Shown here one piece after another: positions 17,466-25,933 of a DNA stretch of 64,000 bases. The translations under genes were made by a program, and so were the position numbers. Every line of letters starts with the position of its first letter. The first letter of the stretch is position 1. Origin of the DNA: an uncultured Christensenella sp. (GTDB taxonomy: Bacteria > Bacillota > Clostridia > Christensenellales > Pumilibacteraceae); assembly GCA_910579205.1 (NCBI GenBank), contig CAJTTD010000011.1:4417-68416 (forward strand), written 5' to 3'. The notes below the pieces were generated by a model. The model did no database searches, was not told the DNA's origin, and saw only the letters and a program-made list of their open reading frames with translations.

Positions 17466-17514
17466 AATGATCTCCGATGTTCTCGCAATCAGCGGCTTTT
17501 CACCGCGTACCGCA

Positions 17515-17544
17515 ATTATACACTAATAACGCCGCCCGTGTCAA
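17515..17544 (-). promoter_or_regulatory. Sigma-A promoter of the rpmH operon
   Basis: Minus strand reads TTGACA (17544-17539), an 18-nt spacer, then TATAAT (17520-17515), about 50 nt upstream of the rpmH ATG. Confidence 0.6.
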
Positions 17545-17645
17545 GTTATTCGCAACAAGATTTTGCCCGCCCCATATTGTTATATACGGGCGCGCGAGCA
17601 AAACGAATGTTTTCTATGATCATAACACGTCGGGCGAATAGTCTA

Positions 17646-19025
17646 TTACTTATTAAGCATGTACTCAAAGCAATCGCGCACTTCGGTTTTAACCGTCCAA
17701 ACGGGCGATATATTTAAATTTTTCAAATACTTGCGGCGAGCGCGCAATATGTAATACAAAAATTTTACGGCAAGCAGCTTGTCGAAGTCGTTGATTTTAT
17801 CGACATTCTTCTTCGCGGCGTCGGAACAGTTTTCACTCGTTAAATATTCCAAAACAGACTGTCCGATATTTTTGCCGTCGGTTGCCACGCCGAACATACT
17901 GTTTACATAATCGTCCGCAGTCATGAAGATATAGTGCTTTACGTCTTCAGCAGTGGGCGCGCCCTCGCTGCTCCGCCCCATGAGTTTTACTATGCGCTTA
18001 AAATTTTTGTCCTCCGCCGAAAAGCCGAAGAACAAACAGTTATACCGCAAAAACGTGTCTATCTGCACCACATTGCGCCACTTATAGCTCGAATACGACA
18101 TATCGTCGTAACTGCGCTCGGACAAAATAAGATTGAGCGCCTCTTTACTGCACAATGCTTTCTTTATGCGCGGCTCTTTATTATATTGCTCTTGAAAATA
18201 CGGCACATATCCGTGAACGTGATAAACGACCGTACTATCGCATTCGTCGGCATACGACAATTGATTATCTATAAATATAGGGATCAATTTTTTATTGGGC
18301 TGTTTGCCCTCAATGTTTTCGTAAACGAATTCAAATGAATTATCGTAGTTATAAGTGAGCACACGATTGACAGCGGCTTTATCTACATATTCGCCTATAG
18401 CGTATAATAAATGATTTTTAAATTGGGGATCGCCTGTCATCGCTTGTTCGACGGATGTATTGTCATCGCCCTTTTTTCGCGCGGAATAATACAGTGATTT
18501 TTCGACTATGGTGTACAGCTCTGCGGCGGCGCGTTCTTTGCGTTCTTCCTTGCCGTATTTTCTGTTATCGGTACTGAATTCGTCGAGCATATTCTCGACA
18601 TACTGCGCCAATTCGTATAGGTCGTATTTTTCAAAACACCCGCCGTACTTACTTTTGCAAATATCAAACTCGGTCTTGTCTTTTATTTCTTTTTCTTTAA
18701 TTTTGTTTTTATCGATCAAAGAAGCATCGAAAATATTGTCGGCAAGGAAATGCCCCACTATTGCGTTTTTAAGCAATTCTTTCCATGTGGGCAAGCCGAT
18801 CGGCTCTCCGCACGACGTTCCCGCACCAAACACCATTGCCTTAGGTTCTTTGCCGCCAACTGAAAACCGAGCGGCAAAGGCTTCTCTATCCTCTGCCATA
18901 GGGAAAAGTTCTTCTTTAAGCAAGGCTATCGCATCGTTAAGCTCGGTTTGGTACAACGATTTTTCGCTTGGAGATAGAAACCCCAACAGCTTGGCAAAAA
19001 CCGAATCTTTTTCGTAATCGCTCAT
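17646..19025 (-). CDS. SIR2-like (SIR2_2 / defence-sirtuin type) putative NAD+ hydrolase
   Basis: The 459-aa product carries MVFGAGTSCGEPIGLPTWKELL, VLTYNYDNSFE (N226), VVYHVHGYV (H271) and CLFFGFSAEDKNFKRIV. The start overlaps the upstream stop (ATGA). The gene is AT-rich relative to its flanks. Confidence 0.75.
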   Translation of the reverse strand: MSDYEKDSVFAKLLGFLSPSEKSLYQTELNDAIALLKEELFPMAEDREAFAARFSVGGKEPKAMVFGAGTSCGEPIGLPTWKELLKNAIVGHFLADNIFDASLIDKNKIKEKEIKDKTEFDICKSKYGGCFEKYDLYELAQYVENMLDEFSTDNRKYGKEERKERAAAELYTIVEKSLYYSARKKGDDNTSVEQAMTGDPQFKNHLLYAIGEYVDKAAVNRVLTYNYDNSFEFVYENIEGKQPNKKLIPIFIDNQLSYADECDSTVVYHVHGYVPYFQEQYNKEPRIKKALCSKEALNLILSERSYDDMSYSSYKWRNVVQIDTFLRYNCLFFGFSAEDKNFKRIVKLMGRSSEGAPTAEDVKHYIFMTADDYVNSMFGVATDGKNIGQSVLEYLTSENCSDAAKKNVDKINDFDKLLAVKFLYYILRARRKYLKNLNISPVWTVKTEVRDCFEYMLNK

Positions 19026-21757
19026 TTTCGATCCCCATACAAGCGCAGCCAGTGCGCAAAAGCAAAATTGACATATTCGTTTCCGTTTATTTCGTTTTCT
19101 ATATCTTTAACGTCATAACCGATCTTTTGTTTGATCTCGTTGCATTTTTCACTATTAGCGTCAACGCAATTCTTTAAATAATCTTTAAGCCCGGCGATAT
19201 ACCTCCTATTCTTATAAGATATGTAGATATCGGTTATATCTTGTATATGGTCTTTTAACGCCACGGCATAAGCAAATGCTTCAGCTTCGCCTTTTGCTTC
19301 ATCTGCACCTTTTGTTTCAAGAAGATGAGGGAACATGATATCGCGGTAAAAGTCGCTTATATATTTCACTGCCGATTTTTCATCGTATTTAAGTTCGCAC
19401 ACATCTTTTACGACCCCGAGCCTTAAAATCATAAACAAATCGTATTGTTCGGGAGCATTGTAAAAGAACTCGACAAGACTGCGTTTTTCGTACAGCATAC
19501 ATAAAATATATCTGATAAATCCGTTTTCCGCTGCGTCCAATCCGGATGCCTTTATCGCCAAGCAATCGGCTACGCACTCTTTATAAAGCCCCGGCATGAC
19601 CTTTTCTATTAAGTACCTTGCCGATTGTGCAGGACTTCCGTTATTATTAAAATAATTTTCTATCGCGCACTTATAGATCGTAGCGACGTGCGGCTTGACC
19701 GACGTAGATGAAAACACTATGTCGTATAGCGAGTACGGCGCATCCGTTCCGCCGTCTATCGAGTTCATCGCTCGCGCGATTTCGGTCATCAATTTTTTAT
19801 TATAGACAGCAACCGCATTATTGTCTATGCTGTCGTCTACTATATTCCCACAAATATCGCCGTTTATATCGTTCACCGTTTTTTCGAGCGCATTTGCCAA
19901 TAATATCGACGCGTTATACCTAAGGTCGATCAAATATTCATCTTTTATTTGCTCAAAATTATTTATGTAAACGTGTTTTAAGTACGTAACGACACTATCA
20001 ATATATTTGTCAACGATCTCTTTATCGATGTCTCGTATCAATTTTTTACGCAAATCAATTAACGACGTACGTATATCGCCTAAAGTTTCGGGCAACCTTT
20101 CGCCGTTATGCTCAACGCTCTCGGCAGACTCGACGTCTTCCAAAAATTTCTCGAACGCGGCGCTTTTATCAAATTGGGAATAACCGCTCTTTAGCTCGGT
20201 TTGCATAATAAGATTATCGAACAGATTTTTTGCTTTGATCCGCAAAATTTCTTCGATAACTGTATCATAACAGTATTCGGCAAAAATGTTGAACAATCCG
20301 TCCAAATACATTTCGGCTCGCTCATCTCGGCATTTTTCGCCGCGAACATGGAAGAACTCGTGAGCTATCCTATATATAGATCCCGTGATGTCCCATAGGC
20401 TTGCCTCGGGCACGGTTACGGCGATAGGGCGTTCTATAGGTTTATTGTCGGTTTTGAGAATATTCTGGTTATAATTGAAAAGGTCTTGATTTGTGATAAT
20501 ATCCACGCCGCCGCTTGTCGCAAAGTTCAATATGGGATCGTATTTATTTTCATCACTATAAATATCGTTCCACATAAAAAGCATGTCGTTATACGCGTAC
20601 AACAACTTTATCAAACCGCCTACGGCATGCCTTATTAATCTTTGATCGTCATAAAATGCGTGCTCGGAATGCCACAGGGGACTTAGCGCTTCGCGAACGG
20701 CGCAAATGCTCCCTTCTACAAAGCTCGAATATTCGTTGATATTTACCGGATCGCCGCTGTTTTTATACATGATCTCGCAAGCAATGCCGTCTTTACCGCT
20801 ATTTATATTTTCTATTATTTTCGTCAAAGAAGATAAAAAGCATCTCAAAAACGCGCCTAAAGTTGACACGATATCGTGGCTGTGTTCCGATTGCGATATC
20901 TGATTATATATATTCAAAATATCGTCCATTGCGTTTTGAACTCGACGATGCGCTTTGTGATCGCCGTGCGCCAATTTTGTATAAGCCGCATTAAAAGATT
21001 TTTGTATCTCTTCCCACAACTGATTTCCGTCATCCGAGTTTGCGCCGTCGTTCTTATTATTAACGTCATCGGGATCGATCAGTTTTATAATATCGTCGTC
21101 TTTAGGATCTTTATTTATTGTTAAGATCCGCTGCTCTAAAAATACTTCAGCATCGCAAACGCCCATTCTAATTTTCTTGAGAAAATTGTCTATCTCATTT
21201 TTTTGGGTCGGATCGCGTTTGACATAATAGACCGCCACGGCTTCGGAACTTCCGAAACTCAAATACACCGCGCAGCCGCAATGCGGTTGGATCTTGCATT
21301 CCTCTTTTGCCTTATCGACTTGATGATGTATAGCGCCATTGACCCAATCATAGTAATTCTCTACCATTTTTTGATTGGTGTGCTCCATGTTGCTATTAAC
21401 AAATTCTTTTATACGCTCATCTGCAATGTTATAAAACACCACGGTAAAATCATAATCGTCATATTTGGATTTTTCTTTTTTGTTTACGGCTTTTACAATA
21501 TCCGCTATAAATTTAGTGGACTCCGATTCTTTAGGCACGCACAAATCGACGGTATAGCCGTCTACATACGCATCCTTTTTGAATGAGCTGCGATATCCGT
21601 GCCATTTATCGAGCAGCGACACCTCTACGCGGTCGTAATGATCGATTATGTCTACATCATTATAATAGTCTGCAAAAGTGATATAAAAAGAGCCGTCCTC
21701 CGTTTTGCGTTGCATCGGAGAAAGGCTCTTTCTTAAAATCACTTTAAGCAAATCCAC
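19022..21757 (-). CDS. 911-aa protein with an HExxH(+24)E zincin-like motif; function unknown (candidate sensor/protease partner of the SIR2 gene)
   Basis: Long uninterrupted ORF. The start is GTG 21757, with GAAAAGG 11 nt upstream; ATG 21715 is an alternative. The motif IAHEFFHVRGEKCRDERAEMYLDGLFNIFAEY spans residues 464-495. I see no Walker A motif. Confidence 0.7.
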   Translation of the reverse strand: MDLLKVILRKSLSPMQRKTEDGSFYITFADYYNDVDIIDHYDRVEVSLLDKWHGYRSSFKKDAYVDGYTVDLCVPKESESTKFIADIVKAVNKKEKSKYDDYDFTVVFYNIADERIKEFVNSNMEHTNQKMVENYYDWVNGAIHHQVDKAKEECKIQPHCGCAVYLSFGSSEAVAVYYVKRDPTQKNEIDNFLKKIRMGVCDAEVFLEQRILTINKDPKDDDIIKLIDPDDVNNKNDGANSDDGNQLWEEIQKSFNAAYTKLAHGDHKAHRRVQNAMDDILNIYNQISQSEHSHDIVSTLGAFLRCFLSSLTKIIENINSGKDGIACEIMYKNSGDPVNINEYSSFVEGSICAVREALSPLWHSEHAFYDDQRLIRHAVGGLIKLLYAYNDMLFMWNDIYSDENKYDPILNFATSGGVDIITNQDLFNYNQNILKTDNKPIERPIAVTVPEASLWDITGSIYRIAHEFFHVRGEKCRDERAEMYLDGLFNIFAEYCYDTVIEEILRIKAKNLFDNLIMQTELKSGYSQFDKSAAFEKFLEDVESAESVEHNGERLPETLGDIRTSLIDLRKKLIRDIDKEIVDKYIDSVVTYLKHVYINNFEQIKDEYLIDLRYNASILLANALEKTVNDINGDICGNIVDDSIDNNAVAVYNKKLMTEIARAMNSIDGGTDAPYSLYDIVFSSTSVKPHVATIYKCAIENYFNNNGSPAQSARYLIEKVMPGLYKECVADCLAIKASGLDAAENGFIRYILCMLYEKRSLVEFFYNAPEQYDLFMILRLGVVKDVCELKYDEKSAVKYISDFYRDIMFPHLLETKGADEAKGEAEAFAYAVALKDHIQDITDIYISYKNRRYIAGLKDYLKNCVDANSEKCNEIKQKIGYDVKDIENEINGNEYVNFAFAHWLRLYGDRK

Positions 21758-21805
21758 TATTACATACCTTTTCTTACGTTGTTTATTTCGGTCGCTTTAA
21801 TATAA

Positions 21806-22000
21806 TTAAATCACATCGTCAAAAGCGCCGATCCTACCGATATGCAATTCGTCATTTTTAGCGCTTACCGACATATTTTTACGCGACGTATAAGTATCTG
21901 TATCCGCTATTCTGTCATGGCAGCTTGACTTAATAAACATAGACCCGCTGTTGCTTGTATAGCGTAAATTGGCTTCGTAATTTTTTGCAAACTTTTGCAT
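21806..22000 (-). CDS. Possible 64-aa small protein at the head of the SIR2 cassette
   Basis: The ATG-initiated ORF lies between the predicted promoter (22166-22195) and the 911-aa gene. GGAG sits 12 nt upstream, which is long spacing. It is AT-rich like the cassette, and no motif is recognised. Confidence 0.3.
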   Translation of the reverse strand: MQKFAKNYEANLRYTSNSGSMFIKSSCHDRIADTDTYTSRKNMSVSAKNDELHIGRIGAFDDVI

Positions 22001-22165
22001 TTTTTAAATAAACTCCATTAGAGTAAAAATTTCAGCTCCAACCGTCATCGCGCATTAGAGCGAACTCGATTTGTTCACGAGCATCCTTGTGTTTGTGCAC
22101 ACGGCTTCACGCACTCGGGCGTTTCTTATAAAAAGAAAAACGCGCGATCGCGCTATAACTTGGTT

Positions 22166-22195
22166 ATTATAACACACGCACTGAAGCTTTGTCAA
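22166..22195 (-). promoter_or_regulatory. Strong sigma-A-type promoter facing the SIR2 cassette
   Basis: Minus strand reads TTGACA (22195-22190), an 18-nt spacer, then TGtTATAAT (extended -10, hexamer 22171-22166). A 14-nt palindrome CGCGCGATCGCGCG (22141-22154) followed by a T-run lies just downstream. Confidence 0.45.
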
Positions 22196-22445
22196 GGTTT
22201 TTAACAAAATTTTTAGCGACAAATCCATTTATTTTTATAATGATTGCCGTATAAACACATATAACAAGTATATGCGCCGCAGTCGCGTTTATTCACAAGA
22301 CGTTTGACCGCTACAGTGCAAGACACGCGCATATAGTAAAACCCGAACGTTGCCAACCGCGTGTCAATATTATAGGCATTCGTATAATTTTGCGTCGATG
22401 CGCCGCGGTCGCGCGCGGCTATCGTCATGACCGCTATCCAAAGAC

Positions 22446-22474
22446 TTGATTTTCACGCGCGGGTCTGATACAAT
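22446..22474 (+). promoter_or_regulatory. Promoter placed for a leaderless ttcA-like transcript
   Basis: TTGATT (22446-22451), a 17-nt spacer, then TACAAT (22469-22474), then exactly 6 nt (TATCCC) before ATG 22481. No SD sequence is present. Confidence 0.45.
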
Positions 22475-22480
22475 TATCCC

Positions 22481-23212
22481 ATGAAACTGCAAAAACTGCT
22501 GTCGCACGTCAGACGGTGCGACACCGATTTCGGACTGATATCGAGCGGCGACAAGATAGCCGTCGGGCTGTCGGGCGGCAAGGATTCGCTCGCGCTTTTA
22601 TACGCTCTCGCCGCGTATAGACGGTTTTGCACCAATCCGTACGAACTGAGCGCGGTCGTAATAGACGCGGGCGCGGGCGCGGACTATTCCCCGCTCGTTC
22701 CCATGTGCGCGCAGCTCGATGTGCCCCTCCACATAGTGGAGACGCAGATATATCAAATAGTATTCGACGAGCGCAAAGAGAAAAACCCGTGCTCGCTCTG
22801 CGCCAAAATGCGGCGCGGCGCGCTCGACGGCAAGCTCAACGAGCTCGGCTGCAACACACTCGCGCTCGGGCATAACGCCGACGACATGGTGGAAACATTT
22901 TTGCTGTCGCTCGTTTACGAATCGAGGCTAAGCACCCTCTCGCCCAAGTCGTATCTCGACCGCTCGGGCATAAAGCTCATCCGTCCGCTGCTGTACACGC
23001 GCGAAAAAGAGACCGCCGCATTCGTCGCCGAAAACAACATCACCGTTATAAAAAACCCCTGTCCCGCCGACGGCGCGACAAAGCGCGAGGACATGAAAGA
23101 ACTCATCAAAAAGATCAACGGCATCGCGCCTTTTGCGTTCGACAATATGCATTCCGCCCTTGTCCACCCCGAGCGCAACAATCTGCTCGACAAACTGCGC
23201 CGCGGCGACTGA
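22481..23212 (+). CDS. ttcA: PP-loop ATPase of the TtcA family (tRNA 2-thiocytidine synthetase-like)
   Basis: VGLSGGKDSLALL is the PP-loop. Other supporting motifs are NPCSLCAKMRRG, LALGHNADDMVETFLLS and PLLYTREKE. Confidence 0.8.
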   Translation: MKLQKLLSHVRRCDTDFGLISSGDKIAVGLSGGKDSLALLYALAAYRRFCTNPYELSAVVIDAGAGADYSPLVPMCAQLDVPLHIVETQIYQIVFDERKEKNPCSLCAKMRRGALDGKLNELGCNTLALGHNADDMVETFLLSLVYESRLSTLSPKSYLDRSGIKLIRPLLYTREKETAAFVAENNITVIKNPCPADGATKREDMKELIKKINGIAPFAFDNMHSALVHPERNNLLDKLRRGD

Positions 23213-23365
23213 CACTTTCCCTCCGCTACCATTTCGCCCCGCACAGCGAAAATACGAGGCTTTTACGCAGTCGCCTCACTGCAACACCGAATTTTGGTTT
23301 ATTTAAAACCATTATCGCTATCGGAAATTTTCATATCCGATCGTACCGTCATTTTCGATTAAAAA

Positions 23366-23402
23366 CGCCCGTTACATCCATGCACGAACGGGCGCGTTTT
23401 TT
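23366..23402 (+). terminator. Intrinsic terminator after the ttcA-like gene
   Basis: Stem CGCCCGTT (23366-23373) pairs with AACGGGCG (23387-23394) around a 13-nt loop, followed by CGTTTTTT. An A-run precedes the stem. Confidence 0.65.
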
Positions 23403-23464
23403 GTATTTGTGTCTTTTATCGGCGCACGCACAAAACGTCTGCGCCGTAGTAGCGCTCGCAAATA

Positions 23465-24169
23465 TTACGACCGATCTCGAGACGCGAGCAGCAGTTCCAC
23501 AAGCTCTGTCAATCTGTTTTCGTCGCGCTCGTTATCTATCGTGATACAGTAATCATAGCCACCATGATCGAAAACTCCGTAAACATTGCCGCCCTTTGCC
23601 GTCCACTTTACAGCGATGTCTGCCGCTTCCGCAGTTTCCGTACACTGCGTAAAATCGAACCTCAAAAAGTAGCGCGGGGCGGTTTGGGAGCAGATAGCGT
23701 ATTCCACATCGCTGTCCGTCGCCACATCTTTACAGCTGACTTTCAAGCCGTAAAACGCACCGTCAGCCTTGCTGCTGTATTTAACGACATACTGTTCGGC
23801 TATCTGCTGCCCCTCGAAGTACAAAAAGTCCGTTCCGTACAGTTCGTTATATTCTTTTACGGTATGATCGAGCGGTGTCGATACGTGATCGACGACGGGC
23901 GGTCGCGACGAATCGAGATCGTCGCCCGTCGGCTTGTTCTCGCCAGTCAACACCATAGGGAGACATACGGCAAGAACGGTAACGGTCGCCGCGACGGGCG
24001 CAAATATCGCTGCGAGCATCGCGCCGAGCGGCATGCGTCGCGACGGCTTTTTGCCGCCTACAGATCGGCTCGAAGGCTGCGGAAGTTCCGCCTTGAGCGC
24101 GTTCGCCAAAATATCATTATCGTTAGACTTGTTGTCCCGAACGATCTTGTGCAGATCCTTTTCCTTCAA
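23465..24169 (-). CDS. Single-pass membrane protein, probable anti-sigma factor
   Basis: TTG start with AAAGGAGG 6 nt upstream. It has a cytoplasmic N-terminus, one TM helix (MPLGAMLAAIFAPVAATVTVLAVCLPMVL) and an extracellular domain. It sits directly downstream of the ECF sigma gene. Confidence 0.6.
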   Translation of the reverse strand: MKEKDLHKIVRDNKSNDNDILANALKAELPQPSSRSVGGKKPSRRMPLGAMLAAIFAPVAATVTVLAVCLPMVLTGENKPTGDDLDSSRPPVVDHVSTPLDHTVKEYNELYGTDFLYFEGQQIAEQYVVKYSSKADGAFYGLKVSCKDVATDSDVEYAICSQTAPRYFLRFDFTQCTETAEAADIAVKWTAKGGNVYGVFDHGGYDYCITIDNERDENRLTELVELLLASRDRS

Positions 24170-24220
24170 CCCGACCTCCTTTACAACGGTATATATCGCT
24201 TTTCGGCACGTTGTCCAAGT

Positions 24221-24748
24221 TCACAGTAAAAACTTCTCCAGCTTTTTCAACGCCTTTTTAAAAACAAAGGCGACAGTGCTCTTGGGCATGCCCGTTATTT
24301 CCGAAATTTCTCTTACGGTAAAGCCGCCGAAAACTTTATGTTCCACTATAGCGCGCTCTTGCTCGTCCAGATTTTCCATCGCTTTTTCCACGTCATACTT
24401 ATCCAAACGCTCGTCTTCGCCGAAGCGGCCGCAAGACAGCGCGTTTTTATATTCGTCCAACGCGTCGCATTTGTCAATCTCGTTCCTATTGAGTTTATAC
24501 GCTTCGTTTTGCGCTATCTTGACCATCCACGCCATGCCGTTTTTAGACTCGTCGAATGCAGTTACGGCGCGGACTATTTTATAGTAAGCCAAAAACACCG
24601 CGTCTTCGACCAACGATTTGTCTATCAGATATTTATAGGCTATGTATTGTATATATCCGCGCGAATATCGGATAAATTCATTCAAGCAGTCGTCGCCCTT
24701 TTTTAAACGGCTCAAGAATTTATTTATTTGGTCGCGCGTTGTTTTCAT
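24221..24748 (-). CDS. ECF-type (sigma-70 family group 4) RNA polymerase sigma factor
   Basis: The 175-aa product has region-2-like and region-4 HTH segments (LDEQERAIVEHKVFGGFTVREISEITGMPKSTVAFVFKKALKKL). Confidence 0.8.
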   Translation of the reverse strand: MKTTRDQINKFLSRLKKGDDCLNEFIRYSRGYIQYIAYKYLIDKSLVEDAVFLAYYKIVRAVTAFDESKNGMAWMVKIAQNEAYKLNRNEIDKCDALDEYKNALSCGRFGEDERLDKYDVEKAMENLDEQERAIVEHKVFGGFTVREISEITGMPKSTVAFVFKKALKKLEKFLL

Positions 24749-24751
24749 ATT

Positions 24752-25933
24752 TTACGATCGACCGCGCGCGCGCAGAAATTCGCGCATTCTGTCAAACGCC
24801 TTGTTGAGCATCTTTATAGACGACGCGTATGTGCATCGGATATTTTTAGCGCCGCAGTTCCCGAACGCGCTGCCCGGCACGACCGCTACTTTTTGCGCGG
24901 TCAACAGCTCGCGCGCGAACTCGTCTCCGCTGTCCGCAAAAGCCGACACGTCGGGGAACACGTAAAACGCGCCGCCCGGCGCAAAGCAATCAAGCCCCAT
25001 GTCGTTGAGCATGGCGACAGTAAACCCGCGCCGTCTGTCGTACTCGCTGCGCATATACTCCACTTGCTCGTACTCGGTCTCGCGCCCGTCCTTGAGCGCG
25101 GCGTAAGCGGCTTCTTGCCCCGCAGTCGGCGCGCACATTATAGTGTACTGATGTATTTTTACGGCGGCGTCGCAAACGGGTTTGGGCGCGCAAAAATACC
25201 CTATACGCCAACCCGTCATGGCGAACGCTTTACTGAATCCGTTTAGGACTACAGTGCGTTCTTTCATTCCGTCTATGCTCGCTATGGAAACGTGCCGCCG
25301 CCCGTAAGTAAGCTCCGCATATATCTCGTCGGATATCACGAACAGATCAAGCCGCTTAACGACGGCGGCTATTTCTTGAAGCTCGGTCTTGTCGAGCACT
25401 GCGCCCGTCGGGTTGTTGGGGTACGGCAGTATGAGTATTTTGCTCGTCTTGTCGGCTGCCGCCTCCAAAGCGCCCGCCGTCAGCTTGAACCCGTTGTCTA
25501 TGGACAGCGCGATGGGCTGAACTTTGCCGCCCGCGATCGCCACATTGGGCATGTAGCTTACATACGACGGGTCGGGAACGAGCACGCCGTCGCCCGCGCT
25601 AACGAGCGTGCGGAGCGCAAGGTCGATGCCTTCCGACGCGCCGACTGTAACTATAGTTTCGTCAACGTCGTAGTCGAGCCCGAACCGCTCGCGATTGTAT
25701 AACGCTATCTCTTTGAGTAGCGCCTTGTCGCCGCGGTTGGCGGTATACCCCGTTCTGCCCGAAATGATCGACTTTATGGCGCTGTCGCGGTACGCCCACG
25801 GCGTAACAAAATCGGGTTCGCCCACACCGAGCGAAACCGCGTCGTCCATCTGCGCCACCAGATCGAAAAATTTGCGTATGCCGCTCGGCGGAATGTCCCG
25901 AACGGTACGGTTTATAAAATCGTCGTAATTCAC
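24752..25933 (-). CDS. Class I/II PLP-dependent aminotransferase (aspartate/aromatic type)
   Basis: Supporting motifs are LGVGEPDF, YPNNPTGAV and the SKAFAMTGWRIGY lysine motif. The GTG start overlaps the Lrp gene stop (GTGA). Confidence 0.85.
   Translation of the reverse strand: MNYDDFINRTVRDIPPSGIRKFFDLVAQMDDAVSLGVGEPDFVTPWAYRDSAIKSIISGRTGYTANRGDKALLKEIALYNRERFGLDYDVDETIVTVGASEGIDLALRTLVSAGDGVLVPDPSYVSYMPNVAIAGGKVQPIALSIDNGFKLTAGALEAAADKTSKILILPYPNNPTGAVLDKTELQEIAAVVKRLDLFVISDEIYAELTYGRRHVSIASIDGMKERTVVLNGFSKAFAMTGWRIGYFCAPKPVCDAAVKIHQYTIMCAPTAGQEAAYAALKDGRETEYEQVEYMRSEYDRRRGFTVAMLNDMGLDCFAPGGAFYVFPDVSAFADSGDEFARELLTAQKVAVVPGSAFGNCGAKNIRCTYASSIKMLNKAFDRMREFLRARGRS

Noticed and set aside
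17646-19025. Calling the SIR2 gene Thoeris thsA.
   Set aside because: There is no TIR-domain (thsB) gene nearby. The region after the SIR2 core is only ~115 aa, too short for the SLOG domain of ThsA. The gene is instead coupled to a 911-aa HExxH protein.
22213-22428. A 71-aa minus-strand ORF upstream of the cassette promoter.
   Set aside because: It has no RBS and a Cys/Tyr/Arg-rich, odd composition. It lies upstream of the predicted promoter and overlaps the ttcA promoter region, so it is probably non-coding.
21758-22480. Possible oriC or DnaA-box cluster next to rpmH.
   Set aside because: By eye I found only one 1-mismatch box (TTATTCACA near 22288) and a few 2-mismatch boxes. There is no clustered array and no adjacent dnaA. 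Gene orientation does not flip here.
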